This document shows positions 25,589-39,222 of a DNA stretch of 64,000 nucleotides, piece by piece. The notes under the pieces were generated by a model that was not told the origin of the DNA, did no database searches, and saw only the letters and a program-made list of their open reading frames with translations. Source of the DNA: Haliotis rufescens (taxonomy: Eukaryota); the NCBI RefSeq assembly GCF_023055435.1, contig NW_025964112.1, forward strand, positions 12,586,001 through 12,650,000. The letters run 5' to 3'. The translations under genes were made by a program, and so were the position numbers. The first letter of the stretch is position 1. Each line of letters begins with the position of its first letter.

Positions 25589-27265
25589 TCCCCTTGTTAT
25601 ATGAGACGGTGTCAAATTTCAAAGGCTTTCCTCCAATTTGGTTGATGTCTGACGGAAGGGAAACGCTGTACGCCACGTCGGTTGCTTTATTGGAAAACAA
25701 AAATTGAAAACGTATATGTATATATTTCGATGTAGGAGTACCACTCTATTATTCAACTTAAATCTTTTGAAAAATGATTGAAATGATTCTGTCAATAGGA
25801 TTTACTGGAGATTATGATAGGTACTATTTGTGCAAAGGAGATACCATCGCTGTGTTGAGAGAAGTCATTCACTGCCAGGTTGACATAACATGGGTTAATT
25901 ATGTGAATGTGTGAATGTAATGATTACTATTGGAGATGTACCGTAACGACATTTCAGATTAGACATTTTCAGATTATCTTTCAGACCTATTCGAAAAAAA
26001 GAACTTTTGAATCAAACGGTTTAGTAACAATGGTTATGCTAGGATTGATACATGTATGAACGTTCACCATAGTATCACATGCATAATTACAAATTTTAAT
26101 ACTTTAACAATTAGTGTTCAAAAGATAACACAATTATTATGGCAATGACTAAATCCAGAGGGGGCACGAGGGGCCTAGTCGTCTGAGGTGTCACGATTCG
26201 CTGTGCAGAGTTGCGTCCCTTGGGCACGCCAGTAAGCTATGATTGTGGGTTCTAATCCCGGTTCACCCCAATTGTGTTTCTAGGTTTGTCAGTACCCGTG
26301 CTCGTGGGTTTCACCGAAGTGGTAAACGTCTGAGACATGCATGACTTCGGGTGTTCCTCCCACATTAAGCCGACACGACGGCTCGGGGTACATAGGGTAC
26401 ATCTCACTATATGCCCCGAGAGATTAGTTGACAACGAATATATCTCACCGACATTTATTCATACAGACCCGGAATACATGTCCGAGTAAAACGTTTTGAT
26501 TCAGCCATTTTCACAGCGAGCAGACGAGGCAAACCGAATTACTTCCCTTTACCCAATGCATTCGGATAAACACCGGTTCGTTTCAGGTCAACGATATTTA
26601 TGCGAGGCAAGCAAGTTACCTTAGGTGTGTTCCAATTGACTTCTCAGGGTATATGAGTGGGTTACATGTCAATTAATTGCCCGTTCCTTAACTAATCAGA
26701 AGCTAGTAGTTTAATGTATGATGCGACAAGTAGGGTTTTCTACCTCTCAAGAACGACAGTATGGAATTTCCTCAGTTTATAAATCTCACGATCATGGGAG
26801 ATAAGTTCGGTGATTCTAACGGGTCAACATTTCAGTACTTACCAATCTTCCTTTCACTCCTCTCTTGACGTGAGTCTATGGCCTTCAGTTTTGTTGCCAT
26901 GACAATTACAGTGCGTTCCAGTCGAAGCATGGCGGTTAACAAACTATCAAAAACTCTTTCCGATTCTTAACCTGATGCGACGGACTTGTAAGTCTATACT
27001 TACCGAGAGCTCTTGTAATGTTGGCGAGCAGTGCGTCTTTGCCTTGAAGATTAGATGTCATTGATAAAATCTTCCTTTCACTCCTCTGTTGACGTGATTC
27101 CATGGCCTTCAGTTTTGTTGACATCACAGCTACAGTGCGTTCCAGTCGAAGCATAGCGGTGAACACACTATTTAAAACACAGCTCGATGTGTTACCCGAC
27201 GCTGGGCTGCTGGAGGTAGAGGCAGCAACAACAAACAACGCCAGCACAAACATACAACGCATCAT
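25566..27265 (-). CDS. Truncated C1qDC cassette 2 (27265-27004, 25684-25566)
   Basis: Copy of cassette 1. Confidence 0.6.
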
Positions 27266-27808
27266 GATCATTGGGCTGGGTAAGCATGGTACAGTAAAAG
27301 CTCGGTGTGTTTTATACCCTAGCCTGACGGAAGTGTCAATGTTAATATTGATTATCATCCACCAGGCATCATGATCTCTTTCTGCGTGGTCAGCATCAAA
27401 ATATGAACAGCTGGCGGGCCATCTATCAGGTACGGACTTTTTTTCTCCTCCATGTGAGCTGATATTGGATCTTTGCAATCAATGAGTGTGAGAATATTAT
27501 TTAACGCCGCAATCATCGACATACCAGCTGTGTTGGATCCGGGTAAGAATCGGTCTTCAGCAACCCATGCTTGCTGTAAAAGCGACTATGCTTGTCTTGT
27601 CGTAAAAGGCGACTAACGGAATCATGTGGTCAGGTTCGCTGACTTGGTTGATGCAATACATCGTATCCCAATTGCGTGGATCGATGCTCATGATGTCACA
27701 GTCACTGGATTGTCTGGTCCAGACTCGAGTATTAACAGACTGCCGTCATATAGCTGGACTATTGCTGAGGGCGGCATTAAACAACAAACAAACATACATA
27801 CATATGTA

Positions 27809-29206
27809 TGCACCCTTAGCCCTATATTGTTCTCTTTGCTTATTGTTGAATTAGAATCAATGTTGCACTCCTCCGGCGAGAGGGGAATATTTGTGAGTCA
27901 AGAATCTCTAGACATTCTGTTGTTACTATATGCCGATGATTTGTGCATAATTGATGATACTGTAGTTGGTCTCCAACGAAAACTTAATATCCTTAAATCT
28001 TTCTGTACTAAATGGGGTTTAGAAGTTAACCATAGTAAGACTGAAATTTTAGTTTTCAGAAATGGTGGAAAACTTAGGAGTACTGAGAAATGGAGGTTTG
28101 GAGATGTTAATGTTAAAGTATCTACCTATTATAATTATCTAGGTTTGTTATTTTCAAATCGGCTGTGTTGGACGACTGGTATCAACTCTCTTGTTCAGAA
28201 GGCAAATAAGGCTCTGTTCGTCGTTAAGAAATTACAGCATTGTTTAAAGAACATACCCGTACATATACTTTTTAAAATATTTGACATTCAAATTAAGCCT
28301 GTATTATTATACACTTCAGAAATATGGGGCTATTCAAAAATTGCAGCTATTGAAAAATTTCAGATTAAATTCTGTAAATTTACTATTGGAATTGGAAGTC
28401 ATGTTACAAATGTTGCTGCCCTTGGCGAATGTGGTAGATATGGCTTATTTATTGATTATCACAAGAGATGTATTAAATATTGGTTGAAATTGTTATCTTT
28501 ACCCAGTTATAGATACCCTAAGCAATGTTATTTAATGCTGAAATCTTTAGATGAAGTTAATCGCACTACATGGGTAACTTGTGTCAAAAGACTATTATTC
28601 AGTTATGGATTTGGCCACGTGTGGATTTCGCAGGAAGTTGGTAATGAGAACCTCTTTATTAATGCATTTATTCAAAGGTTAAAAGACTGTAACCAACAGG
28701 ACTGGTATTGTAAAGTTTGTGAAATACGTAAATTATCAATGTATAAGGAATATAAGTCATTGCTAACAGTTGAAAAGTATCTCTGTGAAATCACAAGCCG
28801 TCATTATAGACGTATGTTTTGTTTGTTAAGAATTGGCGAGTTGCCATTGATGGTAAATTTAGGTAGAAGATGCGGTATAGAGTACTGTAATAGGCAGTGC
28901 AGATATTGTAATTTACAGGAAATTGAAGATGAGTTTCATTTTATGCTTGTCTGCCCATGTTACAGATATTTAAGAAATAAGTATTTACCTATTTATTACT
29001 CTTCCAATCCTACCTTATTTAAATATAATACTCTATTATCTTGTAACCGCACTAGTATTGTAACTAATTGTGTTAAGTATATACTGGAAGCACTTGCAAT
29101 CCGAAATACTGTCACTTAATACCCTCTGTCATCTGCCTCATACTGTATTTTTCAATGAGTATTTGTACGTGGGCCTATGGCCTTTATACTGAAATAAAGA
29201 ATTGAA
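27809..29206 (+). mobile_element. Duplicated LINE 3' part
   Basis: Copy of 20573-21970. Confidence 0.93.
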
Positions 29207-30883
29207 TCCCCTTGTTATATGAGACGGTGTCAAATTTCAAAGGCTTTCCTCCAATTTGGTTGATGTCTGACGGAAGGGAAACGCTGTACGCCACGTCGGT
29301 TGCTTTATTGGAAAACAAAAATTGAAAACGTATATGTATATATTTCGATGTAGGAGTACCACTCTATTATTCAACTTAAATCTTTTGAAAAATGATTGAA
29401 ATGATTCTGTCAATAGGATTTACTGGAGATTATGATAGGTACTATTTGTGCAAAGGAGATACCATCGCTGTGTTGAGAGAAGTCATTCACTGCCAGGTTG
29501 ACATAACATGGGTTAATTATGTGAATGTGTGAATGTAATGATTACTATTGGAGATGTACCGTAACGACATTTCAGATTAGACATTTTCAGATTATCTTTC
29601 AGACCTATTCGAAAAAAAGAACTTTTGAATCAAACGGTTTAGTAACAATGGTTATGCTAGGATTGATACATGTATGAACGTTCACCATAGTATCACATGC
29701 ATAATTACAAATTTTAATACTTTAACAATTAGTGTTCAAAAGATAACACAATTATTATGGCAATGACTAAATCCAGAGGGGGCACGAGGGGCCTAGTCGT
29801 CTGAGGTGTCACGATTCGCTGTGCAGAGTTGCGTCCCTTGGGCACGCCAGTAAGCTATGATTGTGGGTTCTAATCCCGGTTCACCCCAATTGTGTTTCTA
29901 GGTTTGTCAGTACCCGTGCTCGTGGGTTTCACCGAAGTGGTAAACGTCTGAGACATGCATGACTTCGGGTGTTCCTCCCACATTAAGCCGACACGACGGC
30001 TCGGGGTACATAGGGTACATCTCACTATATGCCCCGAGAGATTAGTTGACAACGAATATATCTCACCGACATTTATTCATACAGACCCGGAATACATGTC
30101 CGAGTAAAACGTTTTGATTCAGCCATTTTCACAGCGAGCAGACGAGGCAAACCGAATTACTTCCCTTTACCCAATGCATTCGGATAAACACCGGTTCGTT
30201 TCAGGTCAACGATATTTATGCGAGGCAAGCAAGTTACCTTAGGTGTGTTCCAATTGACTTCTCAGGGTATATGAGTGGGTTACATGTCAATTAATTGCCC
30301 GTTCCTTAACTAATCAGAAGCTAGTAGTTTAATGTATGATGCGACAAGTAGGGTTTTCTACCTCTCAAGAACGACAGTATGGAATTTCCTCAGTTTATAA
30401 ATCTCACGATCATGGGAGATAAGTTCGGTGATTCTAACGGGTCAACATTTCAGTACTTACCAATCTTCCTTTCACTCCTCTCTTGACGTGAGTCTATGGC
30501 CTTCAGTTTTGTTGCCATGACAATTACAGTGCGTTCCAGTCGAAGCATGGCGGTTAACAAACTATCAAAAACTCTTTCCGATTCTTAACCTGATGCGACG
30601 GACTTGTAAGTCTATACTTACCGAGAGCTCTTGTAATGTTGGCGAGCAGTGCGTCTTTGCCTTGAAGATTAGATGTCATTGATAAAATCTTCCTTTCACT
30701 CCTCTGTTGACGTGATTCCATGGCCTTCAGTTTTGTTGACATCACAGCTACAGTGCGTTCCAGTCGAAGCATAGCGGTGAACACACTATTTAAAACACAG
30801 CTCGATGTGTTACCCGACGCTGGGCTGCTGGAGGTAGAGGCAGCAACAACAAACAACGCCAGCACAAACATACAACGCATCAT
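29184..30883 (-). CDS. Truncated C1qDC cassette 3 (30883-30622, 29302-29184)
   Basis: Copy of cassette 1. Confidence 0.6.
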
Positions 30884-31426
30884 GATCATTGGGCTGGGTA
30901 AGCATGGTACAGTAAAAGCTCGGTGTGTTTTATACCCTAGCCTGACGGAAGTGTCAATGTTAATATTGATTATCATCCACCAGGCATCATGATCTCTTTC
31001 TGCGTGGTCAGCATCAAAATATGAACAGCTGGCGGGCCATCTATCAGGTACGGACTTTTTTTCTCCTCCATGTGAGCTGATATTGGATCTTTGCAATCAA
31101 TGAGTGTGAGAATATTATTTAACGCCGCAATCATCGACATACCAGCTGTGTTGGATCCGGGTAAGAATCGGTCTTCAGCAACCCATGCTTGCTGTAAAAG
31201 CGACTATGCTTGTCTTGTCGTAAAAGGCGACTAACGGAATCATGTGGTCAGGTTCGCTGACTTGGTTGATGCAATACATCGTATCCCAATTGCGTGGATC
31301 GATGCTCATGATGTCACAGTCACTGGATTGTCTGGTCCAGACTCGAGTATTAACAGACTGCCGTCATATAGCTGGACTATTGCTGAGGGCGGCATTAAAC
31401 AACAAACAAACATACATACATATGTA

Positions 31427-32824
31427 TGCACCCTTAGCCCTATATTGTTCTCTTTGCTTATTGTTGAATTAGAATCAATGTTGCACTCCTCCGGCGAGAG
31501 GGGAATATTTGTGAGTCAAGAATCTCTAGACATTCTGTTGTTACTATATGCCGATGATTTGTGCATAATTGATGATACTGTAGTTGGTCTCCAACGAAAA
31601 CTTAATATCCTTAAATCTTTCTGTACTAAATGGGGTTTAGAAGTTAACCATAGTAAGACTGAAATTTTAGTTTTCAGAAATGGTGGAAAACTTAGGAGTA
31701 CTGAGAAATGGAGGTTTGGAGATGTTAATGTTAAAGTATCTACCTATTATAATTATCTAGGTTTGTTATTTTCAAATCGGCTGTGTTGGACGACTGGTAT
31801 CAACTCTCTTGTTCAGAAGGCAAATAAGGCTCTGTTCGTCGTTAAGAAATTACAGCATTGTTTAAAGAACATACCCGTACATATACTTTTTAAAATATTT
31901 GACATTCAAATTAAGCCTGTATTATTATACACTTCAGAAATATGGGGCTATTCAAAAATTGCAGCTATTGAAAAATTTCAGATTAAATTCTGTAAATTTA
32001 CTATTGGAATTGGAAGTCATGTTACAAATGTTGCTGCCCTTGGCGAATGTGGTAGATATGGCTTATTTATTGATTATCACAAGAGATGTATTAAATATTG
32101 GTTGAAATTGTTATCTTTACCCAGTTATAGATACCCTAAGCAATGTTATTTAATGCTGAAATCTTTAGATGAAGTTAATCGCACTACATGGGTAACTTGT
32201 GTCAAAAGACTATTATTCAGTTATGGATTTGGCCACGTGTGGATTTCGCAGGAAGTTGGTAATGAGAACCTCTTTATTAATGCATTTATTCAAAGGTTAA
32301 AAGACTGTAACCAACAGGACTGGTATTGTAAAGTTTGTGAAATACGTAAATTATCAATGTATAAGGAATATAAGTCATTGCTAACAGTTGAAAAGTATCT
32401 CTGTGAAATCACAAGCCGTCATTATAGACGTATGTTTTGTTTGTTAAGAATTGGCGAGTTGCCATTGATGGTAAATTTAGGTAGAAGATGCGGTATAGAG
32501 TACTGTAATAGGCAGTGCAGATATTGTAATTTACAGGAAATTGAAGATGAGTTTCATTTTATGCTTGTCTGCCCATGTTACAGATATTTAAGAAATAAGT
32601 ATTTACCTATTTATTACTCTTCCAATCCTACCTTATTTAAATATAATACTCTATTATCTTGTAACCGCACTAGTATTGTAACTAATTGTGTTAAGTATAT
32701 ACTGGAAGCACTTGCAATCCGAAATACTGTCACTTAATACCCTCTGTCATCTGCCTCATACTGTATTTTTCAATGAGTATTTGTACGTGGGCCTATGGCC
32801 TTTATACTGAAATAAAGAATTGAA
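31427..32824 (+). mobile_element. Duplicated LINE 3' part
   Basis: Copy of 20573-21970. Confidence 0.93.
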
Positions 32825-34501
32825 TCCCCTTGTTATATGAGACGGTGTCAAATTTCAAAGGCTTTCCTCCAATTTGGTTGATGTCTGACGGAAGGGAAAC
32901 GCTGTACGCCACGTCGGTTGCTTTATTGGAAAACAAAAATTGAAAACGTATATGTATATATTTCGATGTAGGAGTACCACTCTATTATTCAACTTAAATC
33001 TTTTGAAAAATGATTGAAATGATTCTGTCAATAGGATTTACTGGAGATTATGATAGGTACTATTTGTGCAAAGGAGATACCATCGCTGTGTTGAGAGAAG
33101 TCATTCACTGCCAGGTTGACATAACATGGGTTAATTATGTGAATGTGTGAATGTAATGATTACTATTGGAGATGTACCGTAACGACATTTCAGATTAGAC
33201 ATTTTCAGATTATCTTTCAGACCTATTCGAAAAAAAGAACTTTTGAATCAAACGGTTTAGTAACAATGGTTATGCTAGGATTGATACATGTATGAACGTT
33301 CACCATAGTATCACATGCATAATTACAAATTTTAATACTTTAACAATTAGTGTTCAAAAGATAACACAATTATTATGGCAATGACTAAATCCAGAGGGGG
33401 CACGAGGGGCCTAGTCGTCTGAGGTGTCACGATTCGCTGTGCAGAGTTGCGTCCCTTGGGCACGCCAGTAAGCTATGATTGTGGGTTCTAATCCCGGTTC
33501 ACCCCAATTGTGTTTCTAGGTTTGTCAGTACCCGTGCTCGTGGGTTTCACCGAAGTGGTAAACGTCTGAGACATGCATGACTTCGGGTGTTCCTCCCACA
33601 TTAAGCCGACACGACGGCTCGGGGTACATAGGGTACATCTCACTATATGCCCCGAGAGATTAGTTGACAACGAATATATCTCACCGACATTTATTCATAC
33701 AGACCCGGAATACATGTCCGAGTAAAACGTTTTGATTCAGCCATTTTCACAGCGAGCAGACGAGGCAAACCGAATTACTTCCCTTTACCCAATGCATTCG
33801 GATAAACACCGGTTCGTTTCAGGTCAACGATATTTATGCGAGGCAAGCAAGTTACCTTAGGTGTGTTCCAATTGACTTCTCAGGGTATATGAGTGGGTTA
33901 CATGTCAATTAATTGCCCGTTCCTTAACTAATCAGAAGCTAGTAGTTTAATGTATGATGCGACAAGTAGGGTTTTCTACCTCTCAAGAACGACAGTATGG
34001 AATTTCCTCAGTTTATAAATCTCACGATCATGGGAGATAAGTTCGGTGATTCTAACGGGTCAACATTTCAGTACTTACCAATCTTCCTTTCACTCCTCTC
34101 TTGACGTGAGTCTATGGCCTTCAGTTTTGTTGCCATGACAATTACAGTGCGTTCCAGTCGAAGCATGGCGGTTAACAAACTATCAAAAACTCTTTCCGAT
34201 TCTTAACCTGATGCGACGGACTTGTAAGTCTATACTTACCGAGAGCTCTTGTAATGTTGGCGAGCAGTGCGTCTTTGCCTTGAAGATTAGATGTCATTGA
34301 TAAAATCTTCCTTTCACTCCTCTGTTGACGTGATTCCATGGCCTTCAGTTTTGTTGACATCACAGCTACAGTGCGTTCCAGTCGAAGCATAGCGGTGAAC
34401 ACACTATTTAAAACACAGCTCGATGTGTTACCCGACGCTGGGCTGCTGGAGGTAGAGGCAGCAACAACAAACAACGCCAGCACAAACATACAACGCATCA
34501 T
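32802..34501 (-). CDS. Truncated C1qDC cassette 4 (34501-34240, 32920-32802)
   Basis: Copy of cassette 1. Confidence 0.6.
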
Positions 34502-36548
34502 GATCATTGGGCTGGGTAAGCATGGTACAGTAAAAGCTCGGTGTGTTTTATACCCTAGCCTGACGGAAGTGTCAATGTTAATATTGATTATCATCCACCA
34601 GGCATCATGATCTCTTTCTGCGTGGTCAGCATCAAAATATGAACAGCTGGCGGGCCATCTATCAGGTACGGACTTTTTTTCTCCTCCATGTGAGCTGATA
34701 TTGGATCTTTGCAATCAATGAGTGTGAGAATATTATTTAACGCCGCAATCATCGACATACCAGCTGTGTTGGATCCGGGTAAGAATCGGTCTTCAGCAAC
34801 CCATGCTTGCTGTAAAAGCGACTATGCTTGTCTTGTCGTAAAAGGCGACTAACGGAATCATGTGGTCAGGTTCGCTGACTTGGTTGATGCAATACATCGT
34901 ATCCCAATTGCGTGGATCGATGCTCATGATGTCACAGTCACTGGATTGTCTGGTCCAGACTCGAGTATTAACAGACTGCCGTCATATAGCTGGACTATTG
35001 CTGAGGGCGGCGTTAAACAACAAACAAACATACATACATAATTACAAATAAATGAACAATGAATGTGCATAAGAAAAAAACCCAGTATATATAGCCATGT
35101 TTTCGGCCGTGGTGTTATAATAATTTAACGTTTATCACCAATGTCCATATATGCGTCCCTCATTAGGTTTTATACCATCATGATCACTGGGCTGGGTAAG
35201 CATGGTACAGTAGAAGCCTGGTGTGTTTTATACCCTAGCTTGACGGAAGTGTCAATGTTATCATCCGCTTGTTTTACAATTTGGTTCAAAACTTGAAGCA
35301 TCATTATCTCATTCTGAGTAGCCAGCAATAAAATATGAACCGCTGACGGGCCATATATCACTTCCGATAACATGTCCAATTCCTGACATAGCTTATGATT
35401 TTGGACGTCCACAGTATATCAATAGCCAACCTTAATGGTTATCACTATAACTTATACGTTGGAAACACAGCGCTGATGTTTTATCTTACATTTGTGCATA
35501 GGATTCTGAAAATGAGCGAGTGTGAGAATATTGTTCAACGCCACTGTCAGTTATACTACTTGCTCAACTCACTCAATGTGACCAGTTAAGATCCGGGTTG
35601 GAATAGGTTTTCAGCAACCCATGCTTGTCGTAAAAGGCGACTATGCTTGTCGATAGAGGCGACTAACGGGATCGGATGGTCAGGTTCACTGACTTGGTTG
35701 ATGCAATACATCGTATCCCAATTGCATGGATCGATGCTAAGATGTCAATCACTGAATTGTCGGATTCAGACTCAATTATTTACGGACTGCCGTCATATAG
35801 CTGGATTTTGCTGAGTGCGGCGTTAAACAACAAACAAACAAAGCGTGTCATGTTTTAATAAACCGTCTCCATAATCTTAAGAAATCACTGCTAGACGCGG
35901 AATCCGTTGTACGATTCTGACTATATCATAATCATGTGTTCATAAATAACATTCAAAAAGTGACGATGCCAAATGTTGAAAAGGTGAGCGTATCCTGCCC
36001 CACTGATGGCATCAGTCACAAACACATGCAAAGGCGAAAACGAGAATATATGGTACAAATCAAACCGGGAATTGCATCGGACATCGCCTTTGTCACTGAT
36101 GCCTTAAATTTGGAAATGTCCTGCGCATGTCTGCAATAAAACATTTTGAAAACTTCACCGGGGCCTTGGAAAGTTTAAATCACTCATATTGTCATACAGG
36201 GGTTAGTCACTCTGAATCTCTATGCGTACATCTAAATATCATTAGCTATTTGACCATTATTGAACATACAGGTATTGTTTTTGTACCATTAAATCACTAG
36301 TTGATTTATCCCACGATCGTGTATGTACTGTAGACGTATGTAATAAATGTGTTGTGTCGTTTCTGTCCAATCAGAAAGTATAACCTGCGAAGGCGCAAGG
36401 TTGGGGAACCCCATGTCTTTGATATCTTACACTTGCACATTTGCACATGATCGGCGATACACAAATTATGTATTTTGTTATTGGTTTGTCAAATGCATAT
36501 TGGGAATCTGTGCTTCTCTATCTTTAGTCATATCTTTTATAATTTTCA

Positions 36549-36550
<2 letters not shown>

Positions 36551-36620
<70 letters not shown>
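36551..36620. repeat. (TG)35 microsatellite; same length at 44347-44416, short allele near 61003-61017
   Basis: Direct reading. Confidence 0.98.
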
Positions 36621-36623
<3 letters not shown>

Positions 36624-37013
36624 GGGCGGTTTCTGTATTAGTAAACCTCAAGGATTATTTTTAAACATCATGTTGGGCACTGTGGATCTGAGCATACAGA
36701 ATAGCGCATCAAAACACCTCAAACATTTCTCATGCCACACTGCAGGATATGTGGTATACCTTAGACCTAGGTGTGTAGCACGTGGAAAAGCGATGTCAGA
36801 CAGATATCAAATGTTTCAAATCGCCTGCAACAATCACTTAACACCTCTATCATTGTGACAGATGGTGGGTGTTTATTTCCAATTGATCGCCAGAGATAAT
36901 TACTTGACACCTTTACAATTGTGCATGTACTTGTATGGTAACACAAGTGATTGTTGCATATGTTCACCACACGATTTCATTTTAATGTACTGACGATTCT
37001 CTTTAGTACTGGT

Positions 37014-37184
37014 GGGGGCGGTCGGGTAGCCTATTGGTTAAAGCGTTCGCTCGTCGCGCCGAAGACTCGGGTTCGATTCCCGACATGGGTACACTGTGTG
37101 AAGCCCATTTGTGGTGTCCCCCGCCCTGATATTGCTGGAATATTGCTAAAAGCGGCGTAAAACCGTACTCATACACTCACTCAC
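37014..37184 (+). mobile_element. SINE family A (copies at 44810-44980 and 61402-61571)
   Basis: A and B boxes; TSD GTACTGGT. Confidence 0.9.
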
Positions 37185-37403
37185 TGTTGTACTGGTCCGT
37201 CTGAGTTCGTACATTCGAACATATACTCTTCAATAAAGGAAGGAGATACGCGCAAATAACTTAAAATTTCAGAAAATGTAAGAGAGAAATTAGTGTCTTG
37301 TAACATTACAAACGGTAGGGAAGTGTGACAGTAGATGTTATGACAGCGAACGACCTAGAAAGACGATAGGGGTAAGATGGGAAATGAAAAAATACGTTTT
37401 TTG

Positions 37404-37770
37404 ATCAGTATTGGGTAAACCGCTTCGATTTGTCAAACATTAATTCACTCGACGAGACATACTCCATATGTGTCTCCTAATGGCGATTTAAGGGAATCTG
37501 CCCCACTCCTCTTGCAGCGCCTGCCAAGTTCAGCCAATGTGGTCGACCTCATATCTCCCATCATGTCCCAGGCGTGTTCAATGGGGGAAAGATTTGGGTT
37601 CATTAATGACCATGGCATTCTACGGATGTTGTTTTGTCGGAAGTGACGATTGACGATTCATGCACGGTGAGCACAGGCGTTGTCGCCCTGAAAGACAAAC
37701 GTCGACCTACACGCATTGCAAATGGGACAACAAAAGCGTGTCAGTATGTTGTCCCGAGAGTACTGTCAAT
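37404..37770 (-). mobile_element. Tc1 transposase C-terminal fossil (copies ~45200-45566 and ~61790-62155)
   Basis: Manual translation FQGDNACAHRA*IVNRHFRQNNIRRMPWSLMNPNLSPIEHAWDMMG; not in the ORF track. Confidence 0.8.
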
Positions 37771-38586
37771 AAAAAAATAATCTGTGACGTCATTCTATTA
37801 TTTCAAAGCTCCATTATTTTTCAGGAATGGAGAGTTGTTTGTCAACTGTACATTATCTTGAAGCAACATTTGAATTAATTTCCACTTGGAACAGACGGAA
37901 GTATTGTTTAGATTCATTGACAAGAGAATAATTTCATTTTTTCCGAAAACGTGTCGCCAGCGGGATTCGAACCCGCATCGTTTGTTTTGATAACGTGTAA
38001 TTGTCAACCTCAGCTACGGCGGCACATGAAGGTGTGGTGTGAAATTAACTATTAAATATTTTCATAATTTTGCATAATGCTTAACAGCTCAAAATAATAT
38101 TATATATTTTGTGTTAGAGCAGGTTACCCACAACAATGTTCCTATTTATAGCAATTAAATAAACCTTTTGCGAGAAAAAACAAATAAGGTAATATAAATA
38201 TCCCTTCTTCGTGGCTCTATATTTCATATTATTCCCGTCAGCATGTATTAACAATGTGCAAGCGATAAATACTGGTTTATGGCCCAACGAAATTATGAAG
38301 AGCCGTGTACCATGCATTGTAAATGTCAGCTCGCGACGGAGCTTGGCGCACTTGCAACAGGAGTAGAGAACACATTCCTCGTGCATCACGCAAGGGCGAC
38401 TCACGCAGTAGAAATACAGACAACAAAGAGTTCTGGTTTATTTTTCGAATATTTTCAACAAAAGAATATTTTGTCAAAGTGTAAAAGTAGGGATGAGTTT
38501 TAAGCAGGGGATTATACTCGTAACTCACCATTCCTTAAACATATTTGGCCGCAGCCCCTGCGGGGCCTCTGCTCCATTATTTTGAA

Positions 38587-38748
38587 TGAGTGAGTATGGT
38601 TTTACGCCGCTTTTAGCAATATTCCAGCAATATCACGGCGGGGGACACCAGATATTGGGCTTCACACATTGTGCCCATGTCGGGAATCGAACCCGGGTCT
38701 TCGGCGTGACGAGCGAACGCTTTAACCACAAGGCTACCCGACCGCCCC
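38587..38748 (-). mobile_element. SINE family A (copies at 46383-46544 and 62970-63131)
   Basis: TSD CCATTATTTTGAA. Confidence 0.9.
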
Positions 38749-39222
38749 CCATTATTTTGAAGGAATGGAGAGTTACTCGGACATTGCCCTCCTCGTTACC
38801 CTTCCTTGCACAACATGGAGTGGGGTTCGATCAGTGATAGTGATGCCACCCAGCACCATAACGTACGTTAACCGATCCCGTAGGCTACACATGTTGCAGA
38901 CGCCGCATCGCTAGTTCATACACAAACAATGAATGAAATAAAGTAAATCAAAACTGTATGACTCGAGACGATTGACAGAAATAATATCACACAGAGATTA
39001 ATATACCTTCCTTGAAAGTAAGAGGCGACTACCTGGATCGAGTGGTCAGGCTCGCTGACTTGGTTAATGCATATCGTCGTATCCAAATTGCGTGGATTGA
39101 TGGGCATGATGTCAATCAACGGATTGTCTTGTCCAGACTCGAGTATTAACAGACTGCCGTCATATAGCTGGACTATTGCTGAGGGCGGCATTAAACAACA
39201 AACAAACATACATACATATGTA

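Larger units (their letters stand above)
20573..35040. repeat. Tandem array of four near-identical 3618-bp units (starts 20573, 24191, 27809, 31427)
   Basis: All ORFs recur at +3618; unit = LINE 3' part + gC1q stub + intron + exon 1 + promoter + SINE B. Confidence 0.97.

Noticed and set aside
36347-36664. Cys/Val-repeat protein ORF
   Set aside because: Translation of a (TG)n microsatellite
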